Shown: piece by piece, positions 63,140-64,000 of the stretch
Layout of the letters: every line of letters starts with the position of its first letter
Position numbering within the stretch: the first letter of the stretch is position 1
NCBI RefSeq assembly: GCF_963921235.1
Contig: NC_086108.1
Location: 103,852,001-103,916,000, forward strand
DNA length: 64,000 nt
Direction: 5' to 3'
Source: Mobula hypostoma
Taxonomy: Eukaryota
Made by a program: the position numbers and the translations under genes
Notes under the pieces: generated by a model
Database searches by the model: none
Told to the model about the DNA's origin: nothing
The model's input: only the letters and a program-made list of their open reading frames with translations

Positions 63140-64000
63140 TCATCAATCAGGAAATTGTGTACAGGTGTTGGAACGTTAAAGTTGTACAAACCATTGGTGG
63201 GGCCAAATTTAGAGTTTTATCTGGAGTTCTGGTCTTCAATATTGTCTGTAAACTTGAAAGAGTATAGGGAAAATTTAGGGAATAGGTTCAGACTTTATTC
63301 CTTGGAGTACAAGAGAACGAGAGGACATCTTAGCTATCAGGAGTTGGGATGTTATATTGAAGTTGTATAAGGCTTTGGTGAGGCCTAACTTCTAAGTTCT
63401 AAGTTCAAAGTGCATTTACTATCAAAGTCCGAACAGGCAGCCATAAAACAAAGAAACATGAAAAAACTCATATAAAAGACTGTCAATCATGTACGGGGGG
63501 AAAAACAGATTATGCGAACAATGAATGCAAGCAAATAAGGTTTTAAACTGAAGTCCACATTTGGAGTACTGTGAGCAGTTTTGGTCACTTACTTACAGGA
63601 AAGATATCAATCAGTTTGAAAGAGTAGAGAGAAAATTTTCGAGGATGTTTGCAGGACTTGAGGACCTGAGTTAAAGGAAAAAGTTAGGACTTTATTCCAT
63701 GGACATAGGAGAATGAGGGGAAATTTGATAGAGGTATACAAAATTATGTGGTATAGATAAGGTAAATGCATATAGGCTTTTTCCACTAAGATTGGGTGAG
63801 ACAAAAACTAGAGGTCATAGGTTTAGGGTGAAAGGTGAAGCATTTAAGGTGTATCAGAGGGAAATCACTCTGATTGCTGAATGAGCAACCAATGGAAGTG
63901 GTAGATGTGGGTTCATTTGTATTATTTAAAAGAAGTTTGGATAGGTACACAGATGAAAGGGATCTGGAGGGATATATTCCTGGTGTAGCTAGATGGTAAT
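63140..64000 (+). mobile_element. CR1 3' fragments with a nested minus-strand LINE tail (~63390-63555)
   Basis: LKLYKPLVGPNLE motif occurs twice; (AAGTTCT)n tract at the junction. Confidence 0.75.

Overview
Eukaryotic (vertebrate) genomic DNA, most likely from a cartilaginous fish (shark or ray). The basis is the repeat mix: HE1-type V-SINEs, abundant CR1/HER1-type LINEs, Rex1/Babar and Penelope elements. Most of the window is interspersed repeat, often nested 2-3 deep, and nearly all ORF-track entries are transposon fragments or their antisense shadows. No complete host gene is visible. The non-repeat signal is a CpG-rich promoter-like region (~10.2-12.2 kb) and one convincing first coding exon on + (61328-61415, Kozak ATG, MTDVSKKTE, gene not recognised). 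This suggests most of the window is 5' intron of one gene. There are also a few candidate non-coding exons on the minus strand and a ~32-bp minisatellite. The most notable structures are: (1) Penelope insertions built as inverted pairs with 11-15 bp target-site duplications, carrying minimal type-I hammerhead ribozyme motifs, with very short palindromic derivatives; (2) two non-autonomous retroelements with partial HDV-ribozyme-like 5' ends; (3) DNA transposon derivatives with three TIRs or a cryptic end; (4) a solo LTR inside one Penelope arm. There is no CRISPR array, rRNA or genuine tRNA gene, and I found no new protein-coding system. Family names come from motif recognition, not database searches, and boundaries without a stated TSD are approximate.
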